DNA of 64,000 nucleotides, from assembly GCA_030704615.1 (NCBI GenBank), contig CM060732.1, forward strand, positions 3,658,001 through 3,722,000. The letters run 5' to 3'. This document shows positions 60,782 through 64,000 of this stretch, piece by piece. The notes below the pieces were generated by a model. It worked only from the letters and a program-made list of their open reading frames with translations. It was not told where the DNA came from and did no database searches. Made by a program: the position numbers and the translations under genes. Each line of letters begins with the position of its first letter. Positions within the stretch are counted from its first letter, which is position 1. This stretch comes from Takakia lepidozioides. Its lineage: Eukaryota > Plantae > Bryophyta.

Positions 60782-61275
60782 CACGTAGAGATGAAGGGCC
60801 CGTGCATGTGGGGAAGGGCAGTGGGGTGAAAAAAAAAAACAAGGTCAATGTAGTTGCAAAGAAGGGAGACGATAGTTTGAAATTTGACGATGGAAAATTG
60901 CAGAAAGGTCGCAGGGAAGGGGGGGGGGAAGGGACCACAAGTTTGGCAAAGGTTGTGGTGCCACCGGTGGAGGTCAATACCCATGGTGACCCCATCGGTG
61001 AGTATTGGCAAGTCATGACAAATACTACCTTTGAGCTCGCATCAAGGTGATTCCCTTGGCACATTGATTGGCCTCAATAATCATGGAGTTCCCAGCCGGC
61101 ATTCGTGAAGGTGATAGAGCGACACTTTGGGGGCAATTGGAGTGAGGCAAAGATGATGGAGTTGGTGGGGGCAACTTGAAGGACAAGAGGTCCCGTGCCA
61201 GAGAGACCATTCGGAGGGCACTGAAGATGGGGGTCCAACTCAAACAACCGCATGGAATTACACAGATTTGCAAAT
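60505..61275 (+). pseudogene. Probable En/Spm (CACTA) TnpA/Ptta-like fragment
   Basis: Lys-rich N-terminus with (AAG)n, then VEVNTHGDPIGEYW...W...; in-frame stops; AT-rich upstream region. The family call rests on the N..G.PIG motif alone. Confidence 0.45.
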
Positions 61276-62646
61276 AATTGAATCATTTCACCTTCCATTT
61301 GTTGCATGTGCAATGAGGTCGATTTCAGGCCTTGACCTCATGGTTTGTTCAAAGGTAAACCCCCTTCCGGAGTTGAAATTCCAGTCTAGTTCAGAAGAGA
61401 GAAGATGTCCTCATACGCTAGCTTGCCATAGCCCTGTGGTCCTGGCCTGTTTCTCCAATGGCCGGCCTTCATCAACTGGCTTAAGTAACATCAATAAACT
61501 CGCTTTCTCGCCATACCGATCCTGGGGGATCCTGGGAGAGGGATAATGGAACAACGAAAACGTATTTTTTTCATTATCTTCTCTGAGCCCGTCTGAGACC
61601 AATTGACCCCAAAGGAAACCAACCAACCCAGAGCCTTTTGTGGGGTTTGCACCCACCAGGGTTTTATTTATCCCCGCAGCTCAGCTGCACTTATTTTCCT
61701 ACAACTGTCACTAAGGACAGAGGCACTTGTCCGCATGTAAACTCGACAGCCCGGTTGCAGGGTTACTGGTTACTGCAGCAGAGAGAATGTACTCATAAGA
61801 CGTTGTTTGCCATAGCCTTGTGGCCATTGACCCCGTGCCCAGTTTGAGCGGAACACAAAGGGACAGAAACTACCTTTGTCGGGGGCTGACGCTGGTGGTA
61901 TGACTTACCTTGGAGAGAGAAAGAGAGGGAGAGAAAAAAAGGAAGGAAGCAAAAAGGAGGCTTTACAACGTGTAGATGTAACCCTGAGGGGCCATGGGGG
62001 AGGGAGAGAGAGTTAAACCAAAAAATAGAACTGAAAGAGTCATCCCTTGCTGACAATTAAAAGGGAAGAAAAGAGATGCGAGAGATTCATAGATGAGGAA
62101 GCAAGAAATGGGACACTGGTAGAGTGCATCTCGCAATTATAGAAACAAACCCCAGTCTACTGCTTCAGTACCTAGGACTAATCAAAAGCTTCTTCCTTAA
62201 CAAATAACCAAACACACCCGAGCAATACGCCACAAGCATCTATGGATTGGAGAGTAATACAGATCTCCAGTTGCCAGAAACTTTGATAAATTGACCACGT
62301 TTAGACGAAACCCAATTATACTTCAACATCACCGTGCTGAAAACTGCAGGAATACAGTTTGAACAGCAACCTGCATAACCCGAGCCAGTGTACTAACCAA
62401 GAAGCCTCACGCTACATGTGCTCATAACATGCCAAAAGATCAACTTTGTGTGCTTCAACATGCCGGGATGTCAATGCAGCTGAAGCATACAAAACAAATA
62501 TTTTGGCAGCAAAAACAGCAGAGGTTCCAGGCAGGTTGTGGTACTAATAATGCTTGAATATATGTTCCCATGGAAGAACAACCAACTCCAGATTTGAAAA
62601 AACAAAATAGGCTTACACTACAAATAATTGCTTCTCGTGAAACTTT

Positions 62647-64000
62647 TTACAGCTGTTTTGTCAAGACAGGAGGGCGAGTGGGCAACAGAGAACTCAAACC
62701 AAGCGCAGTGATTGTAGATGATGATGAGTAGATGACCCACCAGTCTCCCAAAAGCCCCACCATGGTACAGTTCTGAGTGATAGATGTGACTCGGGCCAGA
62801 CAGAAAAACATATAATCCCGTACTTCCACATGCATCACAGTTGCTGTTGGATTGAGCTGCCAAGCCCACAAAGAGCTGAGAGTTGCGTTTGAGAAGACCG
62901 ATGAGAGATGTTCTTTAATCCCAGCAGACTCACCAGACTGCACAGTTCGGTAATCGTGAATCAGCTTAAGCTTTGCATCAGTTCATTAGTTGCTCACATA
63001 ATTTCACTCTTTGCAAGCATACACTTTTCCCCTTGACTGCAAACTAGTTAAAACATACCAGGCTTTCACACTAAAGCCTGGCTGGTTCTCCAGAACACCT
63101 TCATGTGCATATAAGGCCGACAAGAACTCTGATGCTGCGTAAGCAAATGAAGGAAGCTTTCAAGAGACATGGACTGGCAGAAGGAAGAGCAACTCTGCAG
63201 ACTGAACAGCCAAACCAAGAGCCAATTAGATTTGTGGTAAATGTATTCAGAGGAGAAGATGGCTGTCTTGGAAGTTTTGTCATAGAGTGCGCATGCCTCC
63301 AAGCCATGCCAATATTTCACTGGTCATCAACTGGGTATAATTGGGTTTCATCTAAACATGGCCAATTATACTCTCACCACAAGATGGCAACCACAGGATG
63401 ACGATGTGCCAATGCTCACGTTGCCAAGAACCTAGAGGTTGTCATTGAAACCAAACCCTCCAGGAACATGAACTTATGTCCTGAGGCTAATAGACGCACC
63501 AGGGGTGAAATAGAGGTGTAAAAAGAGGCCTCACCTTCTCTTTGAGTCGGTCGAAGCTGCGCCTCTCACTAGCTTGCCGCAACCTCCTCTATTGAAATTC
63601 AGAAGAGACAAAAGATGTTGATTAGTAGGATAACTCTGATATGACTTACCAATGGAAAGTGCCTCCTAAACCTTTACAACCCGACCCTTCTAGAGCTTCA
63701 TTCACAGCCCACTTTAGTTCTCCCAATAAAGCTCCCAAATCTTGAATTTCACACTCTCTATACTTTCCAGAAGTAGAATTCCAATGAGAGGCTTTGGTGT
63801 CGTTCAAACCTGTTCAACCCAAATGTAGATGGAGGCAGGCGTGGGCTTAGTGCTCCACAGAAGAAAGATGAGATTTACAAACAATGACACAGGGTATTGA
63901 TAACCCATAGCAACAGTCATCACCACCAATGCTGGCACCCATAGCCGCTTCAGCCACTGCACCAGAGAATCCTGCCGCTCTTCTAAGTCCAGAAAGTTCT
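62647..64000 (-). CDS. Uncharacterised small plant membrane protein (DUF4359-like), 3' exons; 5' end outside the window
   Basis: Phase-0 GT-AG exons >64000-63810, 63588-63535 and 62856-62647 give ...hydrophobic segment-WSTKPTPASIYIWVEQ|RRLRQASERRSFDRLKEK|LNPTATVMHVEVRDYMFFCLARV...VGLLGDWWV...*. Confidence 0.75.

Noticed and set aside
61300-62130. Possible fourth LINE ORF1 5' fragment on the minus strand
   Set aside because: Only weak resemblance (FHYPS...GRGF); not supportable without a profile search.

Overview
Eukaryotic nuclear DNA from a land plant, probably non-seed (bryophyte, lycophyte or fern). This is inferred from the PLS-class PPR remnants, GT-AG introns and transposon types. Only two host genes look intact: a 2-exon RRM protein (1791-2768, -) and a spliced small membrane protein running off the right edge (62647->64000, -). 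Between them lies about 59 kb of nested mobile DNA. It includes a MULE-like MITE, a tRNA-Lys SINE, three 5'-only LINE fragments, scrambled PPR pseudogene pieces, a ~1.02-kb satellite, a kinase fragment and a Gypsy-like fragment with a dUTPase-like domain. Two elements stand out, each carrying its own DNA methyltransferase. (1) A 13.5-kb MULE-type DNA transposon (13671-27176, 8-bp TSD) encodes a GCM/DDE/SWIM transposase and, divergently, an intron-containing ParB-like + beta-class (N6A/N4C-type) methyltransferase gene. It also holds about 50 copies of the palindrome GGAAATTCGGCGCCGAATTTCC, which occur nowhere else in the window. (2) A 14.3-kb DDE-integrase retrotransposon (45162-59445) encodes gag, protease, a C5-cytosine methyltransferase, integrase and a PHD finger. 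Its ends are split direct repeats (A...B-A-B) rather than two LTRs, and its putative primer site is self-complementary. A Pack-CACTA carrying the 5' part of MSH3 is nested inside it. Both large copies carry nonsense mutations. All calls are by eye; no searches were run.
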